DNA of 64,000 nucleotides. Source: Candidatus Latescibacterota bacterium. GTDB taxonomy: Bacteria > Latescibacterota > UBA2968 > GCA-2709665. The notes below the pieces were generated by a model. That model was not told the DNA's origin. It was given only the letters and a program-made list of their open reading frames with translations, and searched no databases. The stretch covers positions 1,472,001 to 1,536,000 of the forward strand of contig OZ244744.1 in assembly GCA_965219455.1 (NCBI GenBank), written 5' to 3'. The stretch's first letter is position 1. Each line of letters opens with the position of its first letter. A program made the translations under genes and the position numbers. This document shows, one piece after another, positions 29,078-39,813 of the stretch.

Positions 29078-30178
29078 ATGACAACGCTGAAGAATGTCGA
29101 GATTAAGGGATTTCGGTCCATCAAAGAGATGAAATTGGAACTCAGACCGCTCAACGTCCTCATCGGCGCCAACGGAGTCGGCAAGAGCAATCTCATTGCC
29201 TTCTTCAAGCTGGTGAATGAATTGATGGGCGGACGCCTCCAGCAACACATCGGCGCGACCGGTCGGGCCACGGGAAATTTGCACTTCGGCCCGAGAGTGA
29301 CGCCTCAACTGGAAGCGAGAATGGTGTTTGAGGTGGCGAACGGAACGGACACCTACAATATGAGACTCTTCCACGCCGCCGGAGATTCCCTGATTTTTGC
29401 TGAAGAAACGCTTGCGTTCCATCAGCAAGGTTATCCCAGTCCGAAAACGGTACAACTGGGAGTCGGCCATCAGGAAACGAAAATTGGAGAAGTGGCAGAA
29501 ACAGGAGAGCCCACGGCGAAGACGCTGAGGGTTTTGCTGAATCGTTGTCGCGTCTATCATTTCCACGATACATCGCCGACTTCGAGAGTCCGGCAATATG
29601 GTTACATCGGAGACAACCGCTGGCTTAAGCCCGACGCGGGCAACCTGGCAGCTATACTTTGCGCGCTCAAGTCCAATAGTGAAACCGACTACCGGCGTAT
29701 TGTGACCGCCATCAGGCAGGTGGCGCCGTTCTTCGATGACTTCGATCTGGAGCCCGCCGATTCACGGGACGTCATTCTCAATTGGCGGCATCGCGAATCC
29801 GATCTTGTTTTCGGCCCTCATCAGCTTTCGGACGGTACATTGCGAGCTATCTGTCTGATTTCGCTACTGTTACAGCCTGTTGAGAAATTGCCGTCTCTGA
29901 TTGTGGTGGATGAACCGGAACTCGGACTGGACCCCTGTGCGGTTGATGTGATTGCCTCGCTGTTTCGTTCCGTAAGCCAGCACGCGCAGGTGCTCGTCAG
30001 CACGCAGTCCAGCGCATTCGTCGACAGCTTCGAGCCGGGCGATATCGTGGTCGTGGAACGAAACAAAGAAGCCACGGAGTTCGAGAGGCCCCAGGCCGAA
30101 GCGCTCGACTCATGGGTGGAGGAATACGCGCTCGGGGAAATCCGGGAAAAGAACACCGTCGGCGACGGGCCGGAATGA
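29078..30178 (+). CDS. AAA_21/ABC-type ATPase of the family normally paired with DUF4276
   Basis: IKGFRSI, GANGVGKSN, LSDGTLR, DEPELGL and STQS. Confidence 0.88.
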   Translation: MTTLKNVEIKGFRSIKEMKLELRPLNVLIGANGVGKSNLIAFFKLVNELMGGRLQQHIGATGRATGNLHFGPRVTPQLEARMVFEVANGTDTYNMRLFHAAGDSLIFAEETLAFHQQGYPSPKTVQLGVGHQETKIGEVAETGEPTAKTLRVLLNRCRVYHFHDTSPTSRVRQYGYIGDNRWLKPDAGNLAAILCALKSNSETDYRRIVTAIRQVAPFFDDFDLEPADSRDVILNWRHRESDLVFGPHQLSDGTLRAICLISLLLQPVEKLPSLIVVDEPELGLDPCAVDVIASLFRSVSQHAQVLVSTQSSAFVDSFEPGDIVVVERNKEATEFERPQAEALDSWVEEYALGEIREKNTVGDGPE

Positions 30179-30194
30179 GGGCTGGCAGTTCCTT

Positions 30195-30452
30195 GTGCCT
30201 GACGCCACGATGCTCCCGATTCATCCGGGAGGGTTACTGCTGCAGGAGCTTCTCAATCCCCTGGGTATCGGCCAATATCGTATGGCGAAAGAGGTCTCTA
30301 TTCCTCCTCGCCGAATTAACGAAATTGTTCCTGGCAAACGGGCCATTTCGGTGGACACTGCGCTTCGGCTGGCTCGTTACTTTGGAACAACGGACGATTT
30401 CATGCAGAAGATAAAATCCAAGTACAACCTTGATAAAAAGCCAACACAATAA
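30195..30452 (+). pseudogene. higA: Degenerate second higA copy
   Basis: PIHPGGLLLQELLNPLGIGQYRM...DTALRLARYFGTTD, colinear with 28510-28715 then diverges; no clear start. Confidence 0.7.
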
Positions 30453-30465
30453 TATACTTGTGTTG

Positions 30466-30903
30466 ATGCTGCCACAAATTAACCACACTACCGGTTATCT
30501 GCCGCCGGGCGTGCACAAAGCGCCATGGACGGAAGTTGCAGCCCGATTCGGCCTGATCGACCATCGTCGTCGGTTACTTGCGGGTTTATGTAATGCACTA
30601 ATAAACCTCGCTCTAGCCGGCTGTGGGGTTGTACTGCTCGACGGGAGCTTTGTTACCCTGAAGCCATTTCCCAATGATTATGACGTGGCATGGGAGCCGC
30701 ATGGTGTTGATCCCAATCTGGTCGACCCCGTCCCGTTCGATTTCGCCAATGACCGCGCAGCGATGAAGGCTAAGTTTGGAGGCGAGTTCTTCCCGGCGGT
30801 TTTCGACGCTGGAGGAGGGATTCTATACCGTGACTTCTTTCTAACGGATCGCAACGGCGTGCAGAAAGGGGTCGTTGAGATCGACCTTTGGAGCCTGCCA
30901 TGA
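30466..30903 (+). CDS. DUF6932-like pol-beta nucleotidyltransferase
   Basis: GYLPPGVH, LLDGSFVT.K..PNDYDV (GS + DxD) and KGVVEIDL. Confidence 0.7.
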   Translation: MLPQINHTTGYLPPGVHKAPWTEVAARFGLIDHRRRLLAGLCNALINLALAGCGVVLLDGSFVTLKPFPNDYDVAWEPHGVDPNLVDPVPFDFANDRAAMKAKFGGEFFPAVFDAGGGILYRDFFLTDRNGVQKGVVEIDLWSLP

Positions 30904-32360
30904 TTGCAAATGAACGGCAGTATCGAATTACTCGATCGTGGGCCAGCCGGTTTCAGCAAGCGCTCGCTACATTCGATAGTGATTCACGCGACGGTGTTCA
31001 CCCAACTCTTATCAAGGCTGAGCGTGACGCACTTCTGAGTCAGCTAGAGAGTTTACATGCCGAAATTAAAGAATACGAACAATTAAAGTCGACTTCCATA
31101 TCGGTCATTTCAGTGTCATCATTCGACAAGTTAGCAGAGGGATTAATCAAAACGCGAATCGCCGCAGGGCTTAGCCAAAAGGAACTGGCGGAGAGACTGC
31201 GTCTAAAAGAACAGCAGATTCAGCGATACGAAGCGGATCGTTACAGGTCGGCTAGCTATCGGCGCTTGGTGGAAGTTGCGGACGCACTTGGTGTCCGCAT
31301 CCGCAACGAAATTCTTCTGCCAGTCGTGCCGACCAATTTACACGAACTGCTGAGTAAACTTAGCCAAGTCGGAATTGATCGAGACTTTCTCCTTACGCGT
31401 TTGCTGACGTCGGCCGACGCGGCACGAATTTCGGGAGATTCCCAAACCGAAGACGAAGAAGCTCTTTCCTTCACTATCGGAACAACCCTTAATCGTGTTT
31501 TCGGTTGGACAGCCGATAGTCTCTTCGGTGCTCATCCGCTAAGCCCTCCAACGATCGCAGCTGCTGAGGCTCGCTTCAAGCTGCCTGCACGACGTCGCCA
31601 ATCGACGACGACCATTTACGCCTCTTATGCTCGCTATCTAGCCCTGGTAGTCGTGAGTGGTTCGGAGAGCTTGCCCCGAGAAACCATTGCTTTGGATCCG
31701 CGTAAAATTCGTGACGACATTGTTGGACGATACGGCGACGTCACACTAGCAGCTACCCTTCGGTACGCCTGGGATCTCGGGATGCCAATTCTCCCATTGA
31801 GAGATCCGGGTTCATTCCACGGGGCCTGCTGGCGGTACTGGGGACGAAACGTCGTCGTCCTGAAGCAGACCTCCAGGCTCGAAGCCCGGTGGTTATTCGA
31901 CCTATTTCACGAAATATACCATGCGGGGCGGAAGCCAGAGACCGAGACGATGGAAGTCATTCTATCAGACCCTACAACTGCCGACAGACGGGGTTCAGAT
32001 GAAGAAATAGCGGCTAGTCGGTTTGCAGGCAATGTCTTGTTGAACGGCCGCGCCGAAGAACTAGCTCAAGCATGCATAACTTCCGCAGGGGGTCACGTAG
32101 CGCGGCTGAAGAGCGTCGTGCCAGAGGTCGCCAAGCATGAAAACGTAGGAGTTGGTGCGCTTTCCAATTACCTTGCATTTCGACTTTCGCTGAAGGACAT
32201 CAACTGGTGGGGCGCAGCTGCAAATCTTCAGCTGCAAGCCGCCGACCCATGGACCACTGCCCGAGACGTATTCGTGGAACGGTTCCCGTTCGAATTCAAA
32301 GATGACATTGACCGTGATCTTCTAACCCAAGCACTAAGTAGTGAGGCAACCTACGAATAA
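30900..32360 (+). CDS. XRE-HTH plus ImmA/IrrE-like zinc metallopeptidase
   Basis: MIANERQYRIT helical N-terminus, HTH GLSQKELAERL..EQQIQRYE, HEIYH (HExxH) and EEIAASRFAG; ATGA overlap with the upstream gene. Confidence 0.8.
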   Translation: MIANERQYRITRSWASRFQQALATFDSDSRDGVHPTLIKAERDALLSQLESLHAEIKEYEQLKSTSISVISVSSFDKLAEGLIKTRIAAGLSQKELAERLRLKEQQIQRYEADRYRSASYRRLVEVADALGVRIRNEILLPVVPTNLHELLSKLSQVGIDRDFLLTRLLTSADAARISGDSQTEDEEALSFTIGTTLNRVFGWTADSLFGAHPLSPPTIAAAEARFKLPARRRQSTTTIYASYARYLALVVVSGSESLPRETIALDPRKIRDDIVGRYGDVTLAATLRYAWDLGMPILPLRDPGSFHGACWRYWGRNVVVLKQTSRLEARWLFDLFHEIYHAGRKPETETMEVILSDPTTADRRGSDEEIAASRFAGNVLLNGRAEELAQACITSAGGHVARLKSVVPEVAKHENVGVGALSNYLAFRLSLKDINWWGAAANLQLQAADPWTTARDVFVERFPFEFKDDIDRDLLTQALSSEATYE

Positions 32361-32491
32361 GGAACTCGCTGCAGAACGTGGTATGACGTGATACCGCCGG
32401 ATAAAGCGGCCAGAGAAACCGGCTGTGCAAACGAAGTGGGCATACGGTTGGGAAGCCAGACACGGAACCATGAGACAGGGCAGAACGAACT

Positions 32492-32898
32492 ATGACCATA
32501 TCAACTACCAAACTGACGTCAGCAGTTGAGAGCTACTTCACAAACCTTCACCAAATCCGCGCTACGGGCGGCGGAACCGGCGAGCGGTCAAGTTATGTAC
32601 CGCTGGCCAATCTCCTTAACGCCATTGGAAAGACGCTCAAGCCGAAGGTGTTTTGCGTAAGCGAATTGGCAGACCAGGGCGCCGGGCATCCCGATTTCGG
32701 GCTTTACACGGCTAACCAAGTACAGAAGGGGCGTCCGCGCCAGGGACAAACGCCGGAACGGGGCGTAGTGGAGGTGAAGCCCCCTGCCGAGGAACTAGGC
32801 GCTGACGGCGTCCGCGATCAGGTCGGGCGCTATCTGAAGAGGTACCACCTTGTGCTGGCAACAAATTTGCGTGAGTTCACTCTCGTCGGCTTGGACGC
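32492..32898 (+). pseudogene. 5' fragment of the Type IIG/ISP-like RM gene (paralogous to 43053-43459)
   Basis: TTKLTSAV...KTLKPKVFCVSELADQGAGHPDFGLY...ERGVVEVK; truncated at a gacgc junction. Confidence 0.92.
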
Positions 32899-33556
32899 TG
32901 AGGGTTTTGCTGAATCGATGCCGCGTGTATCATTTCCACGATACATCGCCGACTTCGAGAGTCCGGCAATATGGTTACATTGGAGACAACCGCTGGCTTA
33001 AGCCCGACGCGGGCAACCTGGCAGCTATACTTTGCGCGCTCAAGTCCAATAGTGAAACCGACTACCGGCGTATTGTGACCGCCATCAGGCAGGTGGCGCC
33101 GTTCTTCGATGACTTCGATCTGGAGCCCGCCGATTCACGGGACGTCATTCTCAATTGGCGGCATCGCGAATCCGATCTTGTTTTCGGCCCTCATCAGCTT
33201 TCGGACGGTACATTGCGAGCTATCTGTCTGATTTCGCTACTGTTACAGCCTGCTGAGAAATTGCCGTCTCTGATTGTGGTGGATGAACCGGAACTCGGAC
33301 TGGACCCCTGTGCTGTTGATGTGATTGCCTCGCTGTTTCGTTCCGTAAGCCAGCACGCGCAGGTGCTCGTCAGCACGCAGTCCAGCGCATTCGTCGACAG
33401 CTTCGAGCCGGGCGATATCGTGGTCGTGGAACGAAACAAAGAAGCCACGGAGTTCGAGAGGCCCCAGGCCGAAGCGCTCGACTCATGGGTGGAGGAATAC
33501 GCGCTGGGGGAAATCCGGGAAAAGAACACCGTCGGCGAAGGGCCGGATTGAGGGCT
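32894..33556 (+). pseudogene. 663-bp near-identical copy of the ATPase 3' half (29521-30183)
   Basis: Constant offset 3373 at both ends; only ~9 substitutions seen by eye; lacks Walker A. Confidence 0.95.
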
Positions 33557-33565
33557 CGACACCTG

Positions 33566-34018
33566 TCAATGCGCAGTTCTTCGCTCGCCAGGTCTGGCAA
33601 GCCATCGTTCGACGTGGCGAGCAAACGTCTCGAAGTCATCCAGTTGCCGGACGAGGAGTTGCCCGATCAGATCGAGGTCGACGTCAAGGTAGCCGTGGAC
33701 GAGCACGTTGCGGAAACCCGCCACAGCCCGAAAGTGCGCTGCGAAATCATCGGGTAACACGTTCATCTCTGCAAGTCGGTCAATGGCGGTTGCGTAATCC
33801 GGCGCATCAAGGCCGGCGGATAATGCCAGATGGGTTGCTACGTCGAGCGCGTTCTGGGCACAGAGATGAAGGCCGCGTTCGACTAACCAGCGAAGATCGG
33901 AATTGTCGCGGAGCTGAGCGGCCGTCGTATCCGAATGCCGACGCAAGTTGCCAACCGCGAAACTCAATGCGGTGAGGTGCCGCCGCACGACAGAGGGATT
34001 CGGTAGTCCGGGAGTCAC
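33566..34018 (-). CDS. hepT: HEPN (DUF86) RNase toxin
   Basis: ERGLHLCAQNALDV and GFRNVLVHGY (RX4HXY). Confidence 0.9.
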   Translation of the reverse strand: MTPGLPNPSVVRRHLTALSFAVGNLRRHSDTTAAQLRDNSDLRWLVERGLHLCAQNALDVATHLALSAGLDAPDYATAIDRLAEMNVLPDDFAAHFRAVAGFRNVLVHGYLDVDLDLIGQLLVRQLDDFETFARHVERWLARPGERRTAH

Positions 34019-34443
34019 CGTTCACCACCGAAGCGAAAACGCCACACCGCATCCATTTTTGCAAGCTGGGGAACAAAGTCGCAGTATCGGGAAACCGCAC
34101 GGCCTTCCCGCGTCGTTGTCGCCGCCAAATCACGGGACAAGACACGTATGCCGTCGCGCAGCACATGGTAGTACAGAGTTGGAGGGGCCTGGTTGAGAAT
34201 CAGGAGATCGATGTCGTTGCTGTGGAGGCCGGCCATGATCTCTGTGATGAGTTGTGCCCGATACCCGAATGTGCTCTTTTCAACGACAGTTTCATCGATG
34301 TAAACGGCGACGTCGATGTCGCTGTGGGACTGTGCCCGGCCGTGCGCGCGCGAGCCGAATAGATAAGCCTCAAGAACCTCCGGGCGAGGTTCGAGCAGGC
34401 TCGCGATTCGCTGGTTCAGGATCTGGCAGGATTTCATTTGCAT
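34015..34443 (-). CDS. mntA: MNT nucleotidyltransferase antitoxin (start uncertain)
   Basis: YLFGSRAHG...SDIDVAV and DIDLLILN; upstream of and overlapping the HEPN gene. Confidence 0.9.
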   Translation of the reverse strand: MQMKSCQILNQRIASLLEPRPEVLEAYLFGSRAHGRAQSHSDIDVAVYIDETVVEKSTFGYRAQLITEIMAGLHSNDIDLLILNQAPPTLYYHVLRDGIRVLSRDLAATTTREGRAVSRYCDFVPQLAKMDAVWRFRFGGER

Positions 34444-34569
34444 GTCGGCGGTCTGTGTCGGCAAGGGAAACTTTCGCCGGCAGGTGACAGGTTTCATGCC
34501 GGCCATATCCGAAACATATAGGAATTAGGGGCAAAGTTCAAGTGTCGCAGACACCCGGAGCCTTGAAAG

Positions 34570-34674
34570 ATGCGTATCACGACCAACCCAGCGACCCGAT
34601 TGACGACTGCAGTTGAGAGCTATTTCACTGACCTTCGACGAATACGTGCGACCGGCGGAGCAACCGGCGAGCGA
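34570..34674 (+). pseudogene. Second, shorter 5' fragment of the RM gene
   Basis: Translates MRITTNPATRLTTAVESYFTDLRRIRATGGATGER versus KLTSAVGVYFTELRRIHASGGGTGER. Confidence 0.85.
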
Positions 34675-34864
34675 TTGCAGACCGAGGCGCGGGCCCTGGA
34701 GCGAGTTGAATCGAATCGTTGGAGCAGATAGCCACTGGCCCTTCCACGGACAACAAGCGGGATGCGTCCAATGCGGGTCTTTTGCTGAATTTTTCCGGGC
34801 CATCCAGTCGGCCAGGGGCGTGCCACGCAGAGCGCAATGCGTCTTTCGACGTTATAGTACGGGA

Positions 34865-35008
34865 GGACATCGCGGTCGTCGAACGAAATAACGAAGCCAC
34901 GGAGTTCGAAAGGCCCCAGGCCGAAGCGCTCGACTCATGGGTGGAGGACTACGCGCTCGGGGAAATCCGGGAAAAGAACGCCGTCGGCGAAGGGCCGGAA
35001 TGAGGGCT
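34865..35008 (+). pseudogene. Third copy of the ATPase 3' end
   Basis: DIAVVERNNEATEFERPQAEALDSWVEDYALGEIREKNAVGEGPE*, ending at tgagggct like the other copies. Confidence 0.9.
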
Positions 35009-35265
35009 CAATGCACGAATCCTGGAGCGAGTTTAATGGAATGGTTGGGGGAGATAATCTCTCGCGCCGGATCGGCATTGCTTTTTTTCCATTCTCCTGA
35101 ATGTCTGAACGAACAGACACTTGCCGAAACAGTCTTGAAGCCGTACATGGTGAAAATTGGCGTCTATATGCAGAAACCCACCCTCATCATACCCTACCCC
35201 CTTTCCAAAGTGTCCAATTCTAAACCGGTTGTTCTGTCAAGAATTAAATCGTTCTTGACATTTCT

Positions 35266-38200
35266 ATGAGTTCTACTATGGCGCAGCCGAAATACTTGAA
35301 TCAAGGCGTCAATTATCTTGGCTTCCTGTCCAAACAGCTTGGCGACCTTCGTGGTATAACAACGCTGGCACATGAGCTTATCCAGAACGCGGACGATGCG
35401 AAGGATGATGCAGGCGTCTTCTCCGCCACGCGAATCACCTTCGATATCAGAGACGACGCTCTGATTGTCAGCAACGATGCAGCCTTCAGAGAGATTGACT
35501 TTGATCGGATGCGTGACGTTGCCGGTGGTTCGAAGCGCAGTGAAGAAGGTGGCCGCACGACTGGCGCATTCGGGGTAGGCTTCGTCTCCGTGTACCAGGT
35601 GACCGACAGGCCGGAGATTCATTCATCAGGCCGCCGGTGGACCATGCGCCCCGATGAGCCGGAAGACCAACGGATAGAACAGCATAGCGATTCCTCAATC
35701 ACTAAAGATAAAGGTGCTGTCTTCAAACTCCCGTGGGCCTTTGAGGAATCAGTTGTACGCCGCGAGTTAAAAGTCTCGCCGGTTAATCGAGACAGGATAG
35801 ATTCGTTTGTCAATGAGCTCAAGGATTCATTACCGAAGGCAATCCTGTTCCTGAAGAATCTCAACACAATCGAGTTGCGTCGCAGCGGCAAGTCTGTTAG
35901 ATGTGTAACAAGGGTCGTTGATGGGAACCAGATCATTGTCTACCATGACGGTGTACGCTTGACTTGGCGAATCGTAGAAGGTGAATTCATGGAAAATGCT
36001 TGGAACCTAAAGTCCCAGTTCCCCTCAGATGTTGAGAAAAATCGTGAAGACCGTGTACGGATCGCGATTCCTAATGCACTCCTTAACGATGGATTGTTAT
36101 ATGCGACTCTGCCAACTGAACAGTCAACGGGACTGCCGTTTCACATTGATGCAGACTTTTTTCCTGCCTCAGATAGAAAAGAAATCATGTTTGAAGACAC
36201 CCGAGACCACAGGTCGGAGTGGAACCGCGCGGCAATACACGCAGCCGCCACCGTGTTTAGAGACAACCTGGACCCGCTACGAGGCATATTTAGACAGGAT
36301 GCCTTAACCTTTTGGGCTGTCCTGAATTGCCTGCAGAATGTATACCAGGAGCACAGAGACAACATCCGGAAGCCGTTGGGAGCCTTCTGGAAGACGCTGC
36401 TTCCTTCCCTGCAAACTTCCCCAATTGTATATACAGAATCGGGAAAATGGCTCGAGCCGACCCAGGTCCGTATCCCGACAGGTTCCGAAGAAGAAGAGGC
36501 TGTCTCGGTGTTTGGCACTCTGGGTATAGAGATAGTCCATCAAGACCTATGGAAGTACCGCAATATCCTTACACGCAAGGACTTGGGCGTGGAAAAGGTA
36601 GCGATCAGAGATGTCTACGAAGCACTTGATATGAGAGAACTGACTGAACACCCTCAGCCTGTCCCTTGCGATTTTCAAAATCATGATAGCCTGGAACTGT
36701 TGTGTAAGGGAATTCACGGGATACTGAAAAATACTCCGGGTCAACCCGCGAGACAGGAGGCTGAACGGATGTTGAAGCAGTGCTCGTTAGCACCAGGATT
36801 AGATGCACGACTCTGGCCGTGTGGTTCAGTTTACCTAGCCGACAATCGTACTCGCGAAATCTTCGCCAATCTGATGCCACCTGACAGATCGTTCTTGGCC
36901 AAAAATCAGATCCCTTTGATGGATACGCTCTGCCCTCAATTCGGGATCAGTAGCGCTATTAAAGAGTTGGAACGTCTGGATACTGAAAGATTCAAGATAG
37001 CTTGGAAAGGCGGCAGTTTCGATCCGGTAGCCCTGCTCAGGTGGTTTGACGACAACAAGAAGGAGTTGTCAGAAGACAACAAGCTGCGTGAAAGACTCGC
37101 AAGAATCCCAGTTTTCCCATCTGCGGAAGATCTGCATCCACTGGACGCGTTGCGGCTGCCAGGTGGTTTTGATGACCCGTTGAAAGAGACTGACCTCGTG
37201 GATATGATAAGGCTTGGAGGTTTTAGAGATTTCTTGCGCTTTCTGAGTGCCAAAGAACTCACATTCACAGACTATGTAGAAAACTACGTTTCGCAAGCGT
37301 TTGCTCCCAACAGTGTTGTAAGCATGAAGGTCAAACACAAGCTCCTGGACATTCTGTCAACCCGCATCGGTGAGATTGGGCAGGATGAATGGCTAAAGAC
37401 CAAGCTCGCTGAAACAAACATCGTTGAATGTACAGATGGTGAATTCAGGCAGCCGAACGAAGTTTACTTCTCCTGTAAGGAGGTTCAAGAGGTCCTCAGA
37501 AACTCTGTCCACTATGCACGTCTTCCTAAAAAATCGGAGGGTAGAACAGAGTTCTATCGCTGGCTGGGCGTCGAGAGTCGTCCTCGCCCCTATGACGTAT
37601 CGCAATTCATAGACGAATTAACGGCCGTAACACCCAATCAAAACTCCACACACGTAACGAAGAGAATCCTGGAGATCATAGGAAAGACCTTCCCAAATCT
37701 TCCAGATAATGTGAAGAATTGCTATCGAGTCCTTCAAAGCAAAGCGTGGCTGCTATCCGAAAGTGACTCAAGTAAATGGTACAAACCTGGCCAACTCTAT
37801 GCTGCTTACAATAAGAACCTCTTCGAGTCCCAGGCACAGTTCATAGATTTGCCCGTCGGGATCCAGCGACGAATCAACGATTTCCTCAGATATTTGGGAG
37901 TCAATCTCAGCCCTCAGCCATTCCATGTCGTTCGCCATCTGCTTGAATGTTCTAAGGGTGACGATGTGCCCCCCAAAGGTATCTATCAGTGGTTGAACGA
38001 CAATACACAACCTGGCGACCTCAAGGAGTTGCGGGATCCCGCATGTTTTCGGGTTGGAGATAAGTACCTCCGGCCAGACCAAGTTTTCTGGGGTCAGCAT
38101 CATTTTGGCAGATTCCGCATCCAACTGGGGCCTGACCTTCTATTGTATCAGGATCTTCTCCGAGCACTCAACGTCAGAGAAATGCCTGATTACAGCGATG

Positions 38201-39813
38201 CATTCGAGGTATTGAAAGAGATATCTGAGGACATAGGAAACAATCCGCTGAGGGCCGATGACAGAAACGTTGTTTTTCAATGCTGGGTTATGTTGGCCGA
38301 ATCGCTTGAGCACGACAAGATCAATAGTGAAGACCTTAAAACTGAATTAAAAGACATCAAGTGTGTGCTAAATCCCGATGATATATTGTACCCGCCTTCT
38401 TGGGTGTTCTTCGAAGATCGTCCAGGACTTTTGGATAAGTTCTCCAACTTGCTCAGCAAGAATTCGATTAAGCGTACAGAACGTGTCTGGCCAGCGATGG
38501 AAGCTGCCGGGGTGAGGCCAATCTCGGCTGTAGTAAAGGGATTGATAGATGAAGATGATGTAAACCCAAGGGAAGATGAGAAACTGAAGAAACGAGTCAT
38601 AGAACGCACAGATCTCATTAAGACCATATTAGAGGGAGTGGCTGCTCACAGAATGGCCGATGATGCAGAGATCCAGCTTGACAATATCCGCTTCCTTGGT
38701 GTTGAAGAACTCAGGGTGACGTGGAAGCTACATGCCTTTGACCGGACCGAGTCTACCCAACCCGAACCATCCTCGGCGCATCTGGAAAGATCTAAGGAGG
38801 CCATTTACTTCGTTTTGCAAAGAGGCAGCTATCCATGGTCGGCCATTGCTCGCGAATTGACTCAAGCACTCGCTCCTGGGGATGAGATCAGTTCCATTTC
38901 CCCTGGGCTCAAGATCATCTTGGAAGCTGACTCTCGTAGAAATGCTGTAGCACAACTCGATGAGTTGGGCATAGCCCATATCCGAGAACTAAATAGCCCG
39001 GCAAGTCCCGGAATCATAGCAGGCTCCTTTGACGAGGCTCCTCCATCCCCTCAACAGCAGGAGGTGCCAACTTCTTCTCAAGACGGGATAGATCAAGACA
39101 CTCCACCGCCTGTTTCTGAGCCTACGCCTGCCGGGACAGGCGAACCTGCTGAGGAGGATCCCTTCGCAAAGAAAATCTTGGAAGTCCAAACACCCACCCC
39201 ACCCGACGCCCCTCACACTCCGGTGGTGATTCCTGAAGGAGGCGCCCAAACTGAGGAATCCGCTATAACAGACACACAAAAATCCGGGCAGTTTGGGAGG
39301 GCCGGAGGCCATGTTCGCAAAAAAGTTACGCAATGGGAACCGAAAGAGGTATCCAGAGAACTCGCCGATAAATTCAAAAAAATGGTGCATGGCGATTATG
39401 GGAAGCGGTGCCAAATTTGTAGCAAGTCGTTCAAAATGGACAACGACAAATCCCAAGTGTTCGTTATTCACGTCGTACAGCCAAGTGCGGATCACCGAAC
39501 GAATCACTTCGGGAATCTCTTGGGACTGTGCGGATGGCACTACGCGCTCGTGCGATATGGTGCCTGGGCTTTTTGGGACCCTGAAACCGATAAACCTTTC
39601 AAAGACGACGAAGGAGAAGGATGGAAGCGTATGCGGGATTTCGTGCGCGACGCATCCAAGGAAATAGACAGCGAAGGAAATACTTATGTCGGCCTGCGAG
39701 TCCGGTTTTCAAATGTGTATCAGGGGTGGAACTCCTTGCCAGATACAGTAACCGAAGAAATCCGCTATAGTATTCCGCACTGGAAGTACCTCTGCAAACT
39801 CCTCGCCACGTGA
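35266..39813 (+). CDS. Sacsin/NOV-like GHKL ATPase with internal repeats and C-terminal HNH-like nuclease domain
   Basis: ELIQNADDA, GAFGVGFVSVY and LPFHIDADF (sacsin-type HATPase); C-terminal CQIC...H...NLLGLCGWH. Confidence 0.75.
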   Translation: MSSTMAQPKYLNQGVNYLGFLSKQLGDLRGITTLAHELIQNADDAKDDAGVFSATRITFDIRDDALIVSNDAAFREIDFDRMRDVAGGSKRSEEGGRTTGAFGVGFVSVYQVTDRPEIHSSGRRWTMRPDEPEDQRIEQHSDSSITKDKGAVFKLPWAFEESVVRRELKVSPVNRDRIDSFVNELKDSLPKAILFLKNLNTIELRRSGKSVRCVTRVVDGNQIIVYHDGVRLTWRIVEGEFMENAWNLKSQFPSDVEKNREDRVRIAIPNALLNDGLLYATLPTEQSTGLPFHIDADFFPASDRKEIMFEDTRDHRSEWNRAAIHAAATVFRDNLDPLRGIFRQDALTFWAVLNCLQNVYQEHRDNIRKPLGAFWKTLLPSLQTSPIVYTESGKWLEPTQVRIPTGSEEEEAVSVFGTLGIEIVHQDLWKYRNILTRKDLGVEKVAIRDVYEALDMRELTEHPQPVPCDFQNHDSLELLCKGIHGILKNTPGQPARQEAERMLKQCSLAPGLDARLWPCGSVYLADNRTREIFANLMPPDRSFLAKNQIPLMDTLCPQFGISSAIKELERLDTERFKIAWKGGSFDPVALLRWFDDNKKELSEDNKLRERLARIPVFPSAEDLHPLDALRLPGGFDDPLKETDLVDMIRLGGFRDFLRFLSAKELTFTDYVENYVSQAFAPNSVVSMKVKHKLLDILSTRIGEIGQDEWLKTKLAETNIVECTDGEFRQPNEVYFSCKEVQEVLRNSVHYARLPKKSEGRTEFYRWLGVESRPRPYDVSQFIDELTAVTPNQNSTHVTKRILEIIGKTFPNLPDNVKNCYRVLQSKAWLLSESDSSKWYKPGQLYAAYNKNLFESQAQFIDLPVGIQRRINDFLRYLGVNLSPQPFHVVRHLLECSKGDDVPPKGIYQWLNDNTQPGDLKELRDPACFRVGDKYLRPDQVFWGQHHFGRFRIQLGPDLLLYQDLLRALNVREMPDYSDAFEVLKEISEDIGNNPLRADDRNVVFQCWVMLAESLEHDKINSEDLKTELKDIKCVLNPDDILYPPSWVFFEDRPGLLDKFSNLLSKNSIKRTERVWPAMEAAGVRPISAVVKGLIDEDDVNPREDEKLKKRVIERTDLIKTILEGVAAHRMADDAEIQLDNIRFLGVEELRVTWKLHAFDRTESTQPEPSSAHLERSKEAIYFVLQRGSYPWSAIARELTQALAPGDEISSISPGLKIILEADSRRNAVAQLDELGIAHIRELNSPASPGIIAGSFDEAPPSPQQQEVPTSSQDGIDQDTPPPVSEPTPAGTGEPAEEDPFAKKILEVQTPTPPDAPHTPVVIPEGGAQTEESAITDTQKSGQFGRAGGHVRKKVTQWEPKEVSRELADKFKKMVHGDYGKRCQICSKSFKMDNDKSQVFVIHVVQPSADHRTNHFGNLLGLCGWHYALVRYGAWAFWDPETDKPFKDDEGEGWKRMRDFVRDASKEIDSEGNTYVGLRVRFSNVYQGWNSLPDTVTEEIRYSIPHWKYLCKLLAT

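Noticed and set aside
32492-33551. The 169-aa and 233-aa ORFs as functional genes
   Set aside because: They are the two out-of-frame halves of a chimeric junction; the ATPase half lacks Walker A and the RM half lacks the MTase
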